A stretch of DNA of 64,000 bases, from sequence record OZ335963.1; one strand, 5' to 3'. The notes under the pieces were generated by a model, which saw nothing but the letters and a program-made list of their open reading frames with translations, was not told where the DNA came from and made no database searches. The position numbers and the translations under genes were made by a program. This stretch comes from a phage. This document shows, one piece after another, positions 34,842-45,496 of the stretch. Position 1 is the first letter of the stretch, and every line of letters begins with the position of its first letter.

Positions 34842-34994
34842 TCAATTAGTTGACTTTACTATAATATCATCAGACGCTTGATTTGTAAACTGGTCTGTGT
34901 TATTTTCTTCAAAAATTTTTTCTACGAATTCCTTGAACGACTCACGTTCCTGAGCTACATTATGCTCGATTACCTTTTCAAGATTATGACTCAT
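34842..34994 (-). CDS. small ORF, 50 aa (below ORF-track cutoff)
   Basis: ATG overlaps arn stop; read by hand. Confidence 0.3.
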   Translation of the reverse strand: MSHNLEKVIEHNVAQERESFKEFVEKIFEENNTDQFTNQASDDIIVKSTN

Positions 34995-35269
34995 TCAAAA
35001 TAATCTTCAATTTCATAATCATGGACATAAACCATTATAGTTTTTAATACATCATCAATACTTTTTCCTGGAGCTGGAATTACGTAAAAATATCCTGCTT
35101 TTGAGAGGTCTTTATAAGTTCCAACTAAGAAATCATTATTCTCAAGATGTAGTTCTTCAACTAATTCATTAACAATTGAGTGGTATAAATTTGGTAGAAA
35201 CTTATATAGCTTTTCTAGAATATCAATTTTGATTGTGTATTGAACCACAGACTGAGAATCAATAATCAT
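34991..35269 (-). CDS. arn: Arn-like anti-restriction protein, 92 aa
   Basis: 92-aa acidic ORF adjacent to asiA, as in T4. Confidence 0.6.
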   Translation of the reverse strand: MIIDSQSVVQYTIKIDILEKLYKFLPNLYHSIVNELVEELHLENNDFLVGTYKDLSKAGYFYVIPAPGKSIDDVLKTIMVYVHDYEIEDYFE

Positions 35270-35352
35270 AGACCTTCCCCTTATGTTTCTGTTTGCGATT
35301 AGATTCTTTAAACGCTTTCTTCTTATCTTTATGGACAGAAGCTTTATTAAAA

Positions 35353-35571
35353 TTATGTTTTGCGACTAAATTGTTCATAGTGCTGAATTACCTCTCTCAA
35401 ACATTTGCATGTGAATGAAAACTTTTTAGCTACACCACATTCAAATATATGTTCTCTTAAATCACGTGTATCAGTATATCCCATCTCAACGATAAAATGC
35501 CGTATTAGATTTTTATCTTTATCATTGAGAGAATTAAAATAATCGGATTTTGAATTAATTTCCCTGGCCAA
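35353..35571 (-). CDS. hypothetical protein, 72 aa
   Basis: ORF in arn-motA interval. Confidence 0.45.
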   Translation of the reverse strand: MAREINSKSDYFNSLNDKDKNLIRHFIVEMGYTDTRDLREHIFECGVAKKFSFTCKCLREVIQHYEQFSRKT

Positions 35572-35851
35572 ATTGAATCACCCTCAGTTGACGTTTTAGT
35601 TCTTTTATCATTTCTTCGTTCATCGCAATATAAAGATCGCGTAAAGCAGGTTTTAACATTCCATTTACTGGAGAACTAAATGGACATACATAATCTTTTC
35701 CTACGAGCTTTTTGGTGAATTCCATATTACAGAACTGAAATGCTGGTTCATTGGCATAAATTCCCCAATTAGTTGACATCATTTTATTGGCATATTCCAG
35801 TGCCTGGATTTGATTCATAATTCCATCAATTTGAAACTTTTTAATATTCAT
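35555..35851 (-). CDS. hypothetical protein, 98 aa
   Basis: ORF in arn-motA interval. Confidence 0.45.
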   Translation of the reverse strand: MNIKKFQIDGIMNQIQALEYANKMMSTNWGIYANEPAFQFCNMEFTKKLVGKDYVCPFSSPVNGMLKPALRDLYIAMNEEMIKELKRQLRVIQFGQGN

Positions 35852-36312
35852 TAGTAAAGGTCCTCAGAGTAAAGTTCTTTTTCACTACCACCACGTTCAA
35901 TACGTACTTGTCCGGCGTAAGTTGCAATAATCATTGCTTCTTCACGTGTCCAATAATTACTATATTGGTCAATAAATCCTTGGTCATCATCACAAACTTG
36001 TTGAGTAACTAATTGAGGTTTAACTACATCTAAAACTTCTGCCATATCTTTAGAATAATGACGAGCACCTGGAATAACAAGAGTTCGTCCATCTTTTAAT
36101 TTAAAACGGTTGGCAGCACAAACAATTCGTCGTTGATACTTTTGGTTTTTATCCCAGTATGCGGTCTGCCAACAGATTTCAGGAACTTCATCTAAAACAT
36201 TTTGTTCTGTGTATTCACCACTGTAAGAAGCTAATTTAGCAGCCAAACTTTCTGGGGTCTCACGTGACAAAGCTTTATCTAACAGAGCTAAACGTTCTTT
36301 AAAAGTTTTCAT
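35851..36312 (-). CDS. hypothetical protein, 153 aa
   Basis: ORF in arn-motA interval. Confidence 0.5.
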   Translation of the reverse strand: MKTFKERLALLDKALSRETPESLAAKLASYSGEYTEQNVLDEVPEICWQTAYWDKNQKYQRRIVCAANRFKLKDGRTLVIPGARHYSKDMAEVLDVVKPQLVTQQVCDDDQGFIDQYSNYWTREEAMIIATYAGQVRIERGGSEKELYSEDLY

Positions 36313-36638
36313 TTAAACCATCCTTTAATACGCTGCCACAAAGTTTTCTGTTGAGCTTTGTTAACACCAATTGATCGAATAACTGGTTGAGATTCCTGGA
36401 ATTCTTTATAATCAGCAAGGTAAATTTCGTAAGCTGCATCCGTAAATGAACTTATCGCCGCCATAAAATTATTGCGAATACCTACTGGAGCATCTTTACT
36501 TTCACGAATAATCATGTATTTACCAGTCTTAATCTTTACAATACTTCCAAGATAAGCTCCATGGTACCAGATGTCCCACCCCTCTTGAGTGGGTTCTGCA
36601 CAACGACGAAGTTCATTGATAATTTCTAACTTGTTCAT
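36309..36638 (-). CDS. hypothetical protein, 109 aa
   Basis: ORF in arn-motA interval. Confidence 0.5.
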   Translation of the reverse strand: MNKLEIINELRRCAEPTQEGWDIWYHGAYLGSIVKIKTGKYMIIRESKDAPVGIRNNFMAAISSFTDAAYEIYLADYKEFQESQPVIRSIGVNKAQQKTLWQRIKGWFK

Positions 36639-36648
36639 TATTTATTCC

Positions 36649-37284
36649 TCACAGTTCAGATGCTACGGTGATTACTGCTTCAATGTTTTCTGCCGAGCGT
36701 TTAATGTCAAGATACACATTACCGTTTTTAGCGATTTTACATGACATTCCGATATCAGTAAATTTCTGAATATGATGTTCCATCATTTTGTATCCAAAAA
36801 TTCGCATATTTCCGTTGTTGTTAATTTCAAAATTGCGAATTCCGTGAGTGCGTTTTTCTAAAATAGCAAGATAGTTACTACGGTAAGTTTCAACTTTTTT
36901 AAGAACAAATCCATTTTCATCTAAAAGTTTTAACATGAGGTCTTTATCTTCTTCCATATCGGAAGTAATCTCACGAGCTTTACGAGTTGCTCGTTTTTTC
37001 AGTAGTTCAGGAGCATTTTCCTGTGCGTATAAAGTTGCTGCATTTGAAATAATATCCTGAGCTTCACCTGTAATGATTAATCCATCACCAGATTTCTCCA
37101 CCAGGCCTTTTTTAATCAATACCCCAATATTACTATTAACTACTGCATTACCTAAATCTGGATGCACCTCACGAACTTCTGCAGCTGTAATGAAATCTTT
37201 CTTAGCAATGGTAATTAAAATTGCAGCAGTTTTTTCATTCAGAACATCGTTAGAAGCTTTGATGATGTAAGTTACTTTAGACAT
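36649..37284 (-). CDS. motA: middle-transcription activator MotA, 211 aa
   Basis: MSKVTYIIKASNDVLNEKTAAILITIAKKDFITAAEVREVHPDLGNAVVNSNIGVL... matches T4 MotA. Confidence 0.9.
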   Translation of the reverse strand: MSKVTYIIKASNDVLNEKTAAILITIAKKDFITAAEVREVHPDLGNAVVNSNIGVLIKKGLVEKSGDGLIITGEAQDIISNAATLYAQENAPELLKKRATRKAREITSDMEEDKDLMLKLLDENGFVLKKVETYRSNYLAILEKRTHGIRNFEINNNGNMRIFGYKMMEHHIQKFTDIGMSCKIAKNGNVYLDIKRSAENIEAVITVASEL

Positions 37285-37325
37285 TTTCTAATCTCCGTAA
37301 TTCTGTATCAGTAGTTGATAGTTGT

Positions 37326-37355
37326 ATAGTACCACAGTATGCTTTGGTTGTAAAC
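37326..37355 (-). promoter_or_regulatory. T4 early-type promoter upstream of motA (second copy of 70-bp repeat)
   Basis: Minus sense GTTTAC-spacer-TACTAT; identical 70 bp at 20381-20450. Confidence 0.5.
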
Positions 37356-37387
37356 CGTTTTGTGAAAAAAATTTTTGAAATAAAAAA

Positions 37388-37407
37388 GGGAGAGCCTCGG
37401 CTCTCCC
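37388..37407 (-). terminator. intrinsic terminator (GGGAGAGCC-loop-GGCUCUCCC plus U-run)
   Basis: 9-bp GC-rich stem followed by U-run on minus-sense RNA. Confidence 0.6.
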
Positions 37408-37412
37408 TAAAA

Positions 37413-37562
37413 TTACTGCATAACTGTGATAACTGTCATGATAATACGTTGAATTCCGAATGCAAGAAGACCTCCTGCTACAGCAGGAACAACACCTAAA
37501 CCCGCCAGTAAAATGCTACCAGATACTAATGCAGCGCTTGTAATACCAATGAATGGACTCAT
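37413..37562 (-). CDS. small hydrophobic membrane peptide, 49 aa (below ORF-track cutoff)
   Basis: MSPFIGITSAALVSGSILLAGLGVVPAVAGGLLAFGIQRIIMTVITVMQ; ATG overlaps the gene 52 stop (ATGA). Confidence 0.4.
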   Translation of the reverse strand: MSPFIGITSAALVSGSILLAGLGVVPAVAGGLLAFGIQRIIMTVITVMQ

Positions 37563-38887
37563 TTGATTTCCTCTAAATCTTTGGTGTATTCTGTAACTAC
37601 ATCAGTAGTTTTCCAATATTCGTTTTCTTCTTTTTTAGCTTTAGCTTCTTCAGCAAGTTTCTTTGCTTCGTCGGAAGTCATATGAAAAATATTCATTCCG
37701 ACTAGTTTATCAACATAAGAAGAATACATATCAATTTTAGAAAGTTCTTCGGTCAGTTCTTTACGAGTTTTACCTTGTACAACAATTTCACCTGAAATTA
37801 CTTTCTTAATGAAATGCGCCTTGGCAAAGGCTAAACGAAATGCTGATTCAGTTTCTTTGATTTTGTTATCAATTCGTTTTTGGACATAAGTTTTACGAAC
37901 TTCAACGAAGTCTTTGATTAAATCAACTACGTTATCGTAAACTTGTAGCTTTCCTTTCTCATTAATAACGGTGATATTCTGGGAACGACGCTCAATCAAC
38001 CCAAAGTCTTTCATGATTTTTGCATGGCGTTCTTCTTCGTTATCGCTCAAAGAATATTCTTTGCGGAATTTAACTTTGAAGCCAAACCCGTGCTCACCAC
38101 AAGCATCATCCCACGTAATGAAGCCTTTATCTTCAAGCGGGTCTAAGATTTTACTCACATAAGTTTCACGATCATACTTATACGGAATCTCAGTGATATT
38201 CATTTGAGTTCGTGAAGTAAACTTGTACGTTCCACGAATTTCATATTGACCATCAATTTCAACGACTTCACCACGAAATTCTGGGAATTCTACCTTCGGT
38301 TTAGTTACTTTCTTTCCTTGAAGAGCTTGCAATACAGCTTTCTTGACAGAAGAAACACTATGAGGAAGAATGTAAGTTGCATAACCAGTTGCAATACCGG
38401 AAACACCATTAAGAAGAACGGTAGGAATAATAGGCAAATAGAAAGCAGGCGGAATGTGTTCTTTATCTTCATGTACCGGAGCATATTCAGTATCTTTATA
38501 TACGTTATAGAAATTTTTACTTACACGAGCAAAAATATAACGACTTGCCGCTGCTTTTTGAACGGTACGAGAACCAAAGTTTCCTTGACCATCTAACAAA
38601 GGAAAGTTATTATTCCAAGTGTTAGCCATCAAAGCGCCCGCGTCTTGTGCAGAGTTTTCACCATGATGATATCCAAGGTCCGCTACACCACCTGCAATAG
38701 AAGCGAGTTTGTGAAACTTATCTTTATTTCCTCGTGCCAAATCAAGAGCTCGAGCAATAACAAATCGTTGAACTGGCTTAAATCCATCAATCATATTTGG
38801 GATAGCACGATTTTCAACCGTGTACATAGCATAAGCCAATGCTTCATTATCAATGATACTTTTTAAATCGCGATTATTCAGTTGCAT
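37559..38887 (-). CDS. 52: DNA topoisomerase II medium subunit gp52, 442 aa
   Basis: Type IIA topoisomerase A-subunit-like protein of T4 gp52 length and position; remembered match. Confidence 0.9.
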   Translation of the reverse strand: MQLNNRDLKSIIDNEALAYAMYTVENRAIPNMIDGFKPVQRFVIARALDLARGNKDKFHKLASIAGGVADLGYHHGENSAQDAGALMANTWNNNFPLLDGQGNFGSRTVQKAAASRYIFARVSKNFYNVYKDTEYAPVHEDKEHIPPAFYLPIIPTVLLNGVSGIATGYATYILPHSVSSVKKAVLQALQGKKVTKPKVEFPEFRGEVVEIDGQYEIRGTYKFTSRTQMNITEIPYKYDRETYVSKILDPLEDKGFITWDDACGEHGFGFKVKFRKEYSLSDNEEERHAKIMKDFGLIERRSQNITVINEKGKLQVYDNVVDLIKDFVEVRKTYVQKRIDNKIKETESAFRLAFAKAHFIKKVISGEIVVQGKTRKELTEELSKIDMYSSYVDKLVGMNIFHMTSDEAKKLAEEAKAKKEENEYWKTTDVVTEYTKDLEEIK

Positions 38888-38891
38888 AAAT

Positions 38892-39032
38892 TTACCATAC
38901 TAGTGAATGTAGTGCCATAATAACATCAGAAATGAAAAGCACGACTTGAATTAATCCGAACATTACTCCATAATATAGTGCTACCAATAAAGTAGCAAGG
39001 GCTAATGAATAGCCCAAGATTTTCTTAATCAT
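38892..39032 (-). CDS. small hydrophobic membrane peptide, 46 aa (below ORF-track cutoff)
   Basis: MIKKILGYSLALATLLVALYYGVMFGLIQVVLFISDVIMALHSLVW, read by hand. Confidence 0.3.
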   Translation of the reverse strand: MIKKILGYSLALATLLVALYYGVMFGLIQVVLFISDVIMALHSLVW

Positions 39033-39183
39033 TAGTAGATAACAACACAAATGTTAAATATGCACACATACCCTGGGCTAAAGCTTGTGAAAACACACTG
39101 CTAGCATCGATACAGATAGTTAAAACACATGCTACTATCCAACAAATAAATGAAATAACTCCTAATAATTTTGCAATATTCAT
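39025..39183 (-). CDS. ac: Ac-like small membrane protein, ~52 aa
   Basis: MNIAKLLGVISFICWIVACVLTICIDASSVFSQ...; position between 52 and stp as in T4. Confidence 0.4.
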   Translation of the reverse strand: MNIAKLLGVISFICWIVACVLTICIDASSVFSQALAQGMCAYLTFVLLSTND

Positions 39184-39190
39184 ATTTTCC

Positions 39191-39271
39191 TCACTGGCGT
39201 CCGAAGACGCCTTTGGTTTTAAGATTGTTACGATAGAACTGCATCACATGTTCGTTATGGAAATTACTCAT
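39191..39271 (-). CDS. stp: Stp peptide, 26 aa
   Basis: Hand translation gives [26 protein letters not shown], matching the 26-residue T4 Stp as I recall it; ATG overlaps ndd stop. Confidence 0.7.
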
Positions 39272-39726
39272 TAATATGCCTGCAAAACAAATTTAAAGTT
39301 ATCAGCCAACATACGGTTCATTTCTTCAAGCGTTTGATACTCAGAATGATGATTACGAGTAAACGCCAAAGCTAACTGACCTTTTCCAAATCCCGTCGTC
39401 AGAGGTTTCATCTTAGAAGCAGGCAAATAAAATACTGTGTATGGAACATTGTTATTTGCAATAGTACGCGCAAGCTGAGACCGACGTTGACGAATATGAC
39501 TTAGAACTGCACTGAACCCTTGCTTAGAACGCTGATTACCTACATAAAATCGCGCAGATACACATGGACTATCAAATGGACCACCAAATTTGCTCACTAA
39601 AAAGTAAAATCCAGGTTTAGACAAAATGTCTTTATGTGGAGTTCCAAAAACCCATTCACCGCCCTTGATTGTACCAATAACAGTTGCGCCTGCATTATTC
39701 AGATCAGTAACAGTCATGTATTTCAT
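39271..39726 (-). CDS. ndd: nucleoid disruption protein Ndd, 151 aa
   Basis: From the internal ATG at 39726 with GAGGA SD: [25 protein letters not shown]...; position upstream of stp. Confidence 0.8.
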
Positions 39727-39786
39727 ATTAATTTCCTCTAAATTATTTTCTACTCCAAGGCCGCATGAATACACACGGCCAATAAA

Positions 39787-40002
39787 TTAATCGTCACAGT
39801 CGACGCTCAATTCCCAGAACTCTTCTACGGTATAAGTTTCAGTATCATTTTCAATACAGAAACGCTCATTACTGTTGTTTTCTAAAGTAGCGTTAACTGT
39901 CATTTTCTCGCTAGTGCTCTTAAGAGGTGAAATACGAATTAACTGATCACCATTATCTAAACAAAAAATTTCACCAACTTTTACATCTTTAAAAATTTTC
40001 AT
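39787..40002 (-). CDS. hypothetical protein, 71 aa
   Basis: ORF in ndd-denB interval. Confidence 0.45.
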   Translation of the reverse strand: MKIFKDVKVGEIFCLDNGDQLIRISPLKSTSEKMTVNATLENNSNERFCIENDTETYTVEEFWELSVDCDD

Positions 40003-40117
40003 AATTCACCTCAAGGAGTATAAAATCCGAATGCAGTTGTTGACCATCCCATCCAATACGGAAAATTTGCACCAACGTAAAACATGAGAATATAAAACCA
40101 ACCGCTCAGCAAATTCA

Positions 40118-40336
40118 TCATTTTACACCATTCCAAATTGTTTCAACCACAGATTTTAAGCCATTTTGATGAATGTCCATTCCGACAACCGCCATCAAAT
40201 AAATTCCAACTACAACTGAACCTAAGGCAAAAATCAGCATGAAAATGAATAAAGCCGGAAAAATATTATCAAAAAACCATTCCATAAATGTAAAAGCACT
40301 GCGTTTACGCTTCATATTTTCCTCACATAAATCCAA
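40118..40336 (-). CDS. small membrane protein, 72 aa
   Basis: Two hydrophobic segments. Confidence 0.45.
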   Translation of the reverse strand: MDLCEENMKRKRSAFTFMEWFFDNIFPALFIFMLIFALGSVVVGIYLMAVVGMDIHQNGLKSVVETIWNGVK

Positions 40337-40571
40337 AGTAAGCGTTTAATACATCAATCATTAAAACGATTGGGAATATACTCAAAACTACTAGTATTAT
40401 AACTACATTCCATATAGCTTTAACAATCTTTTTCATTTTCTGTTCCTCCGTAGTTGATAGGGTAATAATACCACAGAGGAACAGTCTTGTAAACAACTTT
40501 TTTAAAAATATTCGTAATAAATGTGAATACCAACTACTACTGCTGAAACTTGCGCAACCCACCATGCACAA
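40323..40571 (-). CDS. small membrane protein, 82 aa
   Basis: Hydrophobic C-terminal half. Confidence 0.4.
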   Translation of the reverse strand: MCMVGCASFSSSSWYSHLLRIFLKKLFTRLFLCGIITLSTTEEQKMKKIVKAIWNVVIILVVLSIFPIVLMIDVLNAYFGFM

Positions 40572-40679
40572 GCAATAAGTACAGAATTCAAAATTTTCAT
40601 AATAACCTCATCACAAAAGTAAATACTAAACAAATCAATGGAATACTAATTAACCAAACAAAACACCACCATAATGAAC

Positions 40680-40943
40680 TCATAGTTCAATCTCAGCGAT
40701 TTTCATTTCATTACTATTAATAGCCGCTTTAAGACTATCTGAAAGAATTACATCCCAGTGGTCATTCATATGACCATTAACTAAGCGTGTAATTTCTTCG
40801 GGAGTTGAAAAATAAGGCGTATCAGACTCCCAGTGTGATAATCCCAAACGAGTATAAATCATGCCTTCATCATCGCTAGAATATTCAACTGACACAAACT
40901 CATCAGTTATTTTATGTTTAGCGTAATAAAATTTAAATTTCAT
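40680..40943 (-). CDS. hypothetical protein, 87 aa
   Basis: ORF with early-promoter-like sequence upstream (40950-41015). Confidence 0.45.
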   Translation of the reverse strand: MKFKFYYAKHKITDEFVSVEYSSDDEGMIYTRLGLSHWESDTPYFSTPEEITRLVNGHMNDHWDVILSDSLKAAINSNEMKIAEIEL

Positions 40944-41018
40944 TTTTACTCCTCCGTAGCTGATAGTTGTATAGTACCACAGTCCTTGTGGTATGTAAAC
41001 AGTTTTGTGAAAATTTTT

Positions 41019-41576
41019 TTAAATGGAAAGATACCATCCGTTGTAGTTGCTTTTTCTTACAACCTTACGAAGGTCTTCTCTATCACCGATGAACTTCGGA
41101 GTGTACTGGATGACACCTGGGTGAATTTCTTTAGTGTTGAATATAATTATACAGTCAGCGACCTGATGATTCAGAATGGGCCCTAGATTTATTCCAGAAC
41201 CGTATGGATACTCTCCGCTGCATCCTGTTGTTACAGAAATCCAACGCGAGTCAGTTTGATGTGTCTTAACTTCTACACGAAGCCCACAGTATCTTGGATG
41301 CGCCAATACATCCCATGCGTATGTATACGGGTCATTAACATCCTCTTGGCCTTTGTTAACATACCCGCTCAGCCAATCTGCTACAAAAAACTCTGCGTAC
41401 ACCGCGATACGACATCTTTCGATAACTTCTGCTTTATCCTGGTTCGGGTTTTGTTTTAAAGAGTATCTTGCTGTATCAGCAATTTTGACCTTCATTTCAC
41501 TAGTCAAGTCACTGTTCGATAGGGTAAATGTCGGAATCTGAAATAGTCTCTGTAAACCCGGATTCGTTTTCTGCAT
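41019..41576 (-). CDS. denB: endonuclease IV (DenB-like), 185 aa
   Basis: 185-aa ORF in the position of T4 denB; length match. Confidence 0.75.
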   Translation of the reverse strand: MQKTNPGLQRLFQIPTFTLSNSDLTSEMKVKIADTARYSLKQNPNQDKAEVIERCRIAVYAEFFVADWLSGYVNKGQEDVNDPYTYAWDVLAHPRYCGLRVEVKTHQTDSRWISVTTGCSGEYPYGSGINLGPILNHQVADCIIIFNTKEIHPGVIQYTPKFIGDREDLRKVVRKSNYNGWYLSI

Positions 41577-41838
41577 TTAGACTTTCCTTTTTACCGCTGA
41601 GATAAGCGTTATATACTTTAAGAGTGCCGTAATAAATTCGGTCATTTTCATCTAAAGACTCACGGTCAAGTTCATCGAGTTCCTTTTTATCCATGACTAT
41701 AATATCATTGCAGTAAAGAAACCCAAGTTTTTCGTGACCAAACTCAAATTTATTGCAGTACACAATATTAGCGTGATGATTTCCGTGCAGTTTAATCTCT
41801 TTTATGTCGGAATCACCGATATTCATACAATAAATCAT
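41509..41838 (-). CDS. hypothetical protein, 109 aa
   Basis: ORF between rIIB and denB. Confidence 0.45.
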   Translation of the reverse strand: MIYCMNIGDSDIKEIKLHGNHHANIVYCNKFEFGHEKLGFLYCNDIIVMDKKELDELDRESLDENDRIYYGTLKVYNAYLSGKKESLNAENESGFTETISDSDIYPIEQ

Positions 41839-41876
41839 AATTTTTCCTTAAAACAAAAGGGCCGAAGCCCCTTATT

Positions 41877-42071
41877 TTATTTGAATTGTGCAATTCTTTT
41901 TTCTAAACAATCTGCGTAAGATTTCATTGAGATGAACTGTGAAAGCAGTAATTCTTGCTCAACTTCATTAATCGTTAGAAACTTTGTGCTTTCTAAAAAT
42001 TTGCTCAGTGCATTAATTTTGAGCATTAATTGATCGTATTCTTCTTTTACTCGTGCTTGATAACCTAACAT
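41877..42071 (-). CDS. hypothetical protein, 64 aa
   Basis: ORF flanked by two GGGCC-GAAG-type hairpins. Confidence 0.4.
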   Translation of the reverse strand: MLGYQARVKEEYDQLMLKINALSKFLESTKFLTINEVEQELLLSQFISMKSYADCLEKRIAQFK

Positions 42072-42099
42072 AATTTTCCTTAGTTAAGGGCCGAAGCCC

Positions 42100-43038
42100 T
42101 TATTTAAATTGTTCAGTAACGTCTTCAACTACTTCGTATTGGCAAGTACGCATTTTAGCATCGTTGTAATCAATCGGAATTGATACTACATCACGCGGAT
42201 GCACTTTAACTTTTACAACTCGACTGGTTGAACTGCCAAAGTGACGAATATAAGATTTAGAACACACATGCAGACCACGAGAACAAGTTTGTGTATCATC
42301 GTCATTCACACGAGTACGTGGCATTTTAACTACTTTACCAGGACTGTTATCAAAAGTATTTGAATGACAGTCAAAGTAATTACTGCGAACTACTTTCCAA
42401 GCATAGAAGTAACCATCTTCTGTGATTTCAATATCGTTTGCTACCAAGAAATCAAAGAGTCGAGATACCGCTTTTTGGCTCGGGTTTTCCAACAGATTTT
42501 CCAAGAACGGAAAATAAAATTCAAAGTTTTCGCCTTTTTCCATCGAATCGAGAATACGATCAACTAAACCAGATCGCAATTCAATATTTTGATAGAACAA
42601 GCTTCCACCTTCAATTCGAACATCACCGGAAATATATTTTTCAACAGCGCGACGAACATTAATTTTTTGTGCCGCTTCTTCCAATTTATCTGCAACAAGC
42701 AGATTAAGAATTTCCTGGAAGTTTGAATGAGTATTAGGAGTTGCGTTATAAGTTACACCATCAACAGTAATTGAAATGAATTTTTTAGATGCATTCCAAA
42801 TAATGTCAGATTTAGCAACTGGAGCAATAGCTGTATCGCTATTAACTTTAACAGTAATGTCACCGCTAATAGTAACTTTGGAGCGCTCAGCTTCTTCAGC
42901 ATTTTTCAAAACACGACGGATTGTGTCAACCGATACACCTTGCCAATCAGCCAATTCCTGTTGGGTGTAATTACCACTTGAATACAGTTTGACAATTTCA
43001 GCTTGTTCGTTTTTGGTCAGGCATTTAATATTGTACAT
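42100..43038 (-). CDS. rIIB: rIIB, 312 aa
   Basis: 312-aa ORF immediately downstream of rIIA; size/position match T4. Confidence 0.9.
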   Translation of the reverse strand: MYNIKCLTKNEQAEIVKLYSSGNYTQQELADWQGVSVDTIRRVLKNAEEAERSKVTISGDITVKVNSDTAIAPVAKSDIIWNASKKFISITVDGVTYNATPNTHSNFQEILNLLVADKLEEAAQKINVRRAVEKYISGDVRIEGGSLFYQNIELRSGLVDRILDSMEKGENFEFYFPFLENLLENPSQKAVSRLFDFLVANDIEITEDGYFYAWKVVRSNYFDCHSNTFDNSPGKVVKMPRTRVNDDDTQTCSRGLHVCSKSYIRHFGSSTSRVVKVKVHPRDVVSIPIDYNDAKMRTCQYEVVEDVTEQFK

Positions 43039-43049
43039 AATTTTCCTTA

Positions 43050-45227
43050 TTAGGCCGCAAGGGCCTTCATAGTTTTAGCGATTTGGGAAACTTCATCATC
43101 ACTTAAAGAATTACGATAACCGATGAAGTCGGAAACAATACGGAATTTCTTGGTAAACTCAGCAACCATTTTATCACTATTTTTTGAAGCATTATATGAT
43201 AGTGTTTCAAAAAGATTAGTTACTGTCCAGATGTCATGACCGATGGTATCTTTTCCACCGTTGAAATATACACCCTGTAATGAACTCACCATATTAGCGA
43301 GTCGTGTATATTCTTCAGAAACTTCATCTACACTGAAGTACTTCATCATAAAATCTAGTTCAGGATACTTGATAATTTTATCAATATATCGTTTAGCTGA
43401 ACTTGAATAACCTACATACTTATCATAATCTACATCATCAAAAGCATCTACATATAAATCACGCAAAGTTTCAAAAATACATTGGCACTGACCAAGTTCT
43501 TTTACCTTTTTCTGCAAAAGCGGACGAATAACATAAAATTCATTAATGCCAATAAGATTAGCCATACGAATCAAAATATTCGTAGATGGATGACAAAGCG
43601 ATGTAGTACCATCCATAGAGAAAATATCAGAACGATGCATGTATGCTACATAACCAGTAATTTCATCTGCTTCTGACGTAAGTGTAAACAATTCCTCTTT
43701 TTCCCAGCGCCCGTCTTTAATTTCAAACTTAAATGCAGTGGCAGCTTTAGGACGAGGAGCTGTACTTTTTACTGCCTTTGGAATATAACTTTTAACTAAA
43801 GCTTCAATTTCTGACAAATAATGAATGTTAACTTCATCACTTTCAAACATTGCCATAATATCAGGGAGTAAATCAATCTGCGATTCTACTTCCGGATTAA
43901 TAAACAGAAGACGCTCATTGTGATGAATATTCAAAGTGTTATTAAATTCGCTATCATCTAATGCACGTGCTAATCCACGGACAATATTAACACGATTTTT
44001 AATATTATCAATAACAATATTAATTTTTGTCGTATTAATACCAAACAGACGATAACTTGATGCAACGGCTGAAGTTTCATGACTTTGCTTAATGCGTTTC
44101 AGTCGAGGGTCAAGATTTACTTCATACACAACCCCTGCATTGCATAACTTACTGTCAGGTTCAAACATGCTTTGCATCTTCTTATATGACAGATTTTTAG
44201 TCGTAAATTTGACTGAATTACTAATCATATAATCTCGAGCAGAATATCCCATCTTCATCAATTCACGGTATGTATGACGAGGAGATGTAGATTCTTTAAA
44301 TCGTTTTACATCTTCATTGAATGCTTTCTCACTAAGCTCTTTAACACGCTCAATAATATTTTTACGAGTACGATCATCTAGTGAAAGAGCTTCGCGTGAT
44401 GGAGCAATATCAAGTGAACCCATTGGAAACTTAATGTAATTCACTTCATTGCGGATGCTTAACCAGTTACGGTCTCTAATAACACCATCGATAGGATAAA
44501 CAATACCACCATAGATAGCATACAATCCACCGCGATCTGGCCAGTATCTTTCTGGATTTACGCCGTAATAGTCATCAAAATCCGGAAAATAATCAATTTC
44601 GCGGTCAAGACCATTAATGATAGCTAAATCTTTGAATGGTCGCATGATATAAGAAACTTCATAAGCAAAGTTTCTAAAGTCCTTTTCTTCAACTGGAACT
44701 ACGATTTCAATACCAGTTTTATCATCTGGACCCATTTCTTTTACAAACGTAGGTTTAATCTGCGGACCGTCACCATCCATGTAAGCTACATAACCACGAA
44801 TTTCACCTTTATGGTACGAAGTAATACTAAACGTATCAGTATAGCTAAACGGAGATTTAGAACCTAAACCAAATCCACCAATGAAATCGTTAGATTCGGC
44901 TTTAGATGAACTAAAGTATGAATTATACAACCCAGGAGAATTATCATCACCCTGAATATCAAAATCGCTCATACCTGGACCAAAATCTCGACAAACAAAT
45001 CGCGGATCTAATCGTCCTGGAACTTGAATGATAAATTTTTCAGGATTTCCATTGAGAGCATGGGCATCAATCATGTTAGTAATCAATTCACGGACTACTG
45101 CGCGAATTTTATTTGTATACAAATCAGATGACAGAATTTTAAATACTTTAGGAGATGCTGTGATGCTAAATGCTTTTGATTTAGAACCATTACCAAGAAT
45201 TGTTTCTTTTTCAGTGGTGATAATCAT
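43050..45227 (-). CDS. rIIA: rIIA, 725 aa
   Basis: 725-aa ORF with GHKL-ATPase-like N-terminus; size/position match T4. Confidence 0.9.
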   Translation of the reverse strand: MIITTEKETILGNGSKSKAFSITASPKVFKILSSDLYTNKIRAVVRELITNMIDAHALNGNPEKFIIQVPGRLDPRFVCRDFGPGMSDFDIQGDDNSPGLYNSYFSSSKAESNDFIGGFGLGSKSPFSYTDTFSITSYHKGEIRGYVAYMDGDGPQIKPTFVKEMGPDDKTGIEIVVPVEEKDFRNFAYEVSYIMRPFKDLAIINGLDREIDYFPDFDDYYGVNPERYWPDRGGLYAIYGGIVYPIDGVIRDRNWLSIRNEVNYIKFPMGSLDIAPSREALSLDDRTRKNIIERVKELSEKAFNEDVKRFKESTSPRHTYRELMKMGYSARDYMISNSVKFTTKNLSYKKMQSMFEPDSKLCNAGVVYEVNLDPRLKRIKQSHETSAVASSYRLFGINTTKINIVIDNIKNRVNIVRGLARALDDSEFNNTLNIHHNERLLFINPEVESQIDLLPDIMAMFESDEVNIHYLSEIEALVKSYIPKAVKSTAPRPKAATAFKFEIKDGRWEKEELFTLTSEADEITGYVAYMHRSDIFSMDGTTSLCHPSTNILIRMANLIGINEFYVIRPLLQKKVKELGQCQCIFETLRDLYVDAFDDVDYDKYVGYSSSAKRYIDKIIKYPELDFMMKYFSVDEVSEEYTRLANMVSSLQGVYFNGGKDTIGHDIWTVTNLFETLSYNASKNSDKMVAEFTKKFRIVSDFIGYRNSLSDDEVSQIAKTMKALAA

Positions 45228-45237
45228 AATTTCCTCA

Positions 45238-45441
45238 TTAATTCATATTGCGTTTAATAACTTCAGCAACTTCTAGTAGTTCATCTTTAGTTGCGGTGTC
45301 GGATTGAATTTTATCTCTAATATCCTTAAAGCGGTTTTTAAACTCTTCAGCTTCTCCCATATCGAAAAAGCGTTGAATGATTCTATATTCTCGATGAACT
45401 GCTTTATCAAAAAGTTCTAAATTTACTCTATATGATTTCAT
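45238..45441 (-). CDS. hypothetical protein, 67 aa (rIIA.1 position)
   Basis: ORF between gene 39 and rIIA. Confidence 0.5.
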   Translation of the reverse strand: MKSYRVNLELFDKAVHREYRIIQRFFDMGEAEEFKNRFKDIRDKIQSDTATKDELLEVAEVIKRNMN

Positions 45442-45466
45442 TTCAATATCCTCATTTGCCCAATTA

Positions 45467-45496
45467 ATTATACCACATCCTTGTGGTAAAGTAAAC
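45467..45496 (-). promoter_or_regulatory. T4 early-type promoter (GTTTAC / TATAAT)
   Basis: Minus sense GTTTAC-18 nt-TATAAT upstream of the rIIA.1-rIIA unit. Confidence 0.5.
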
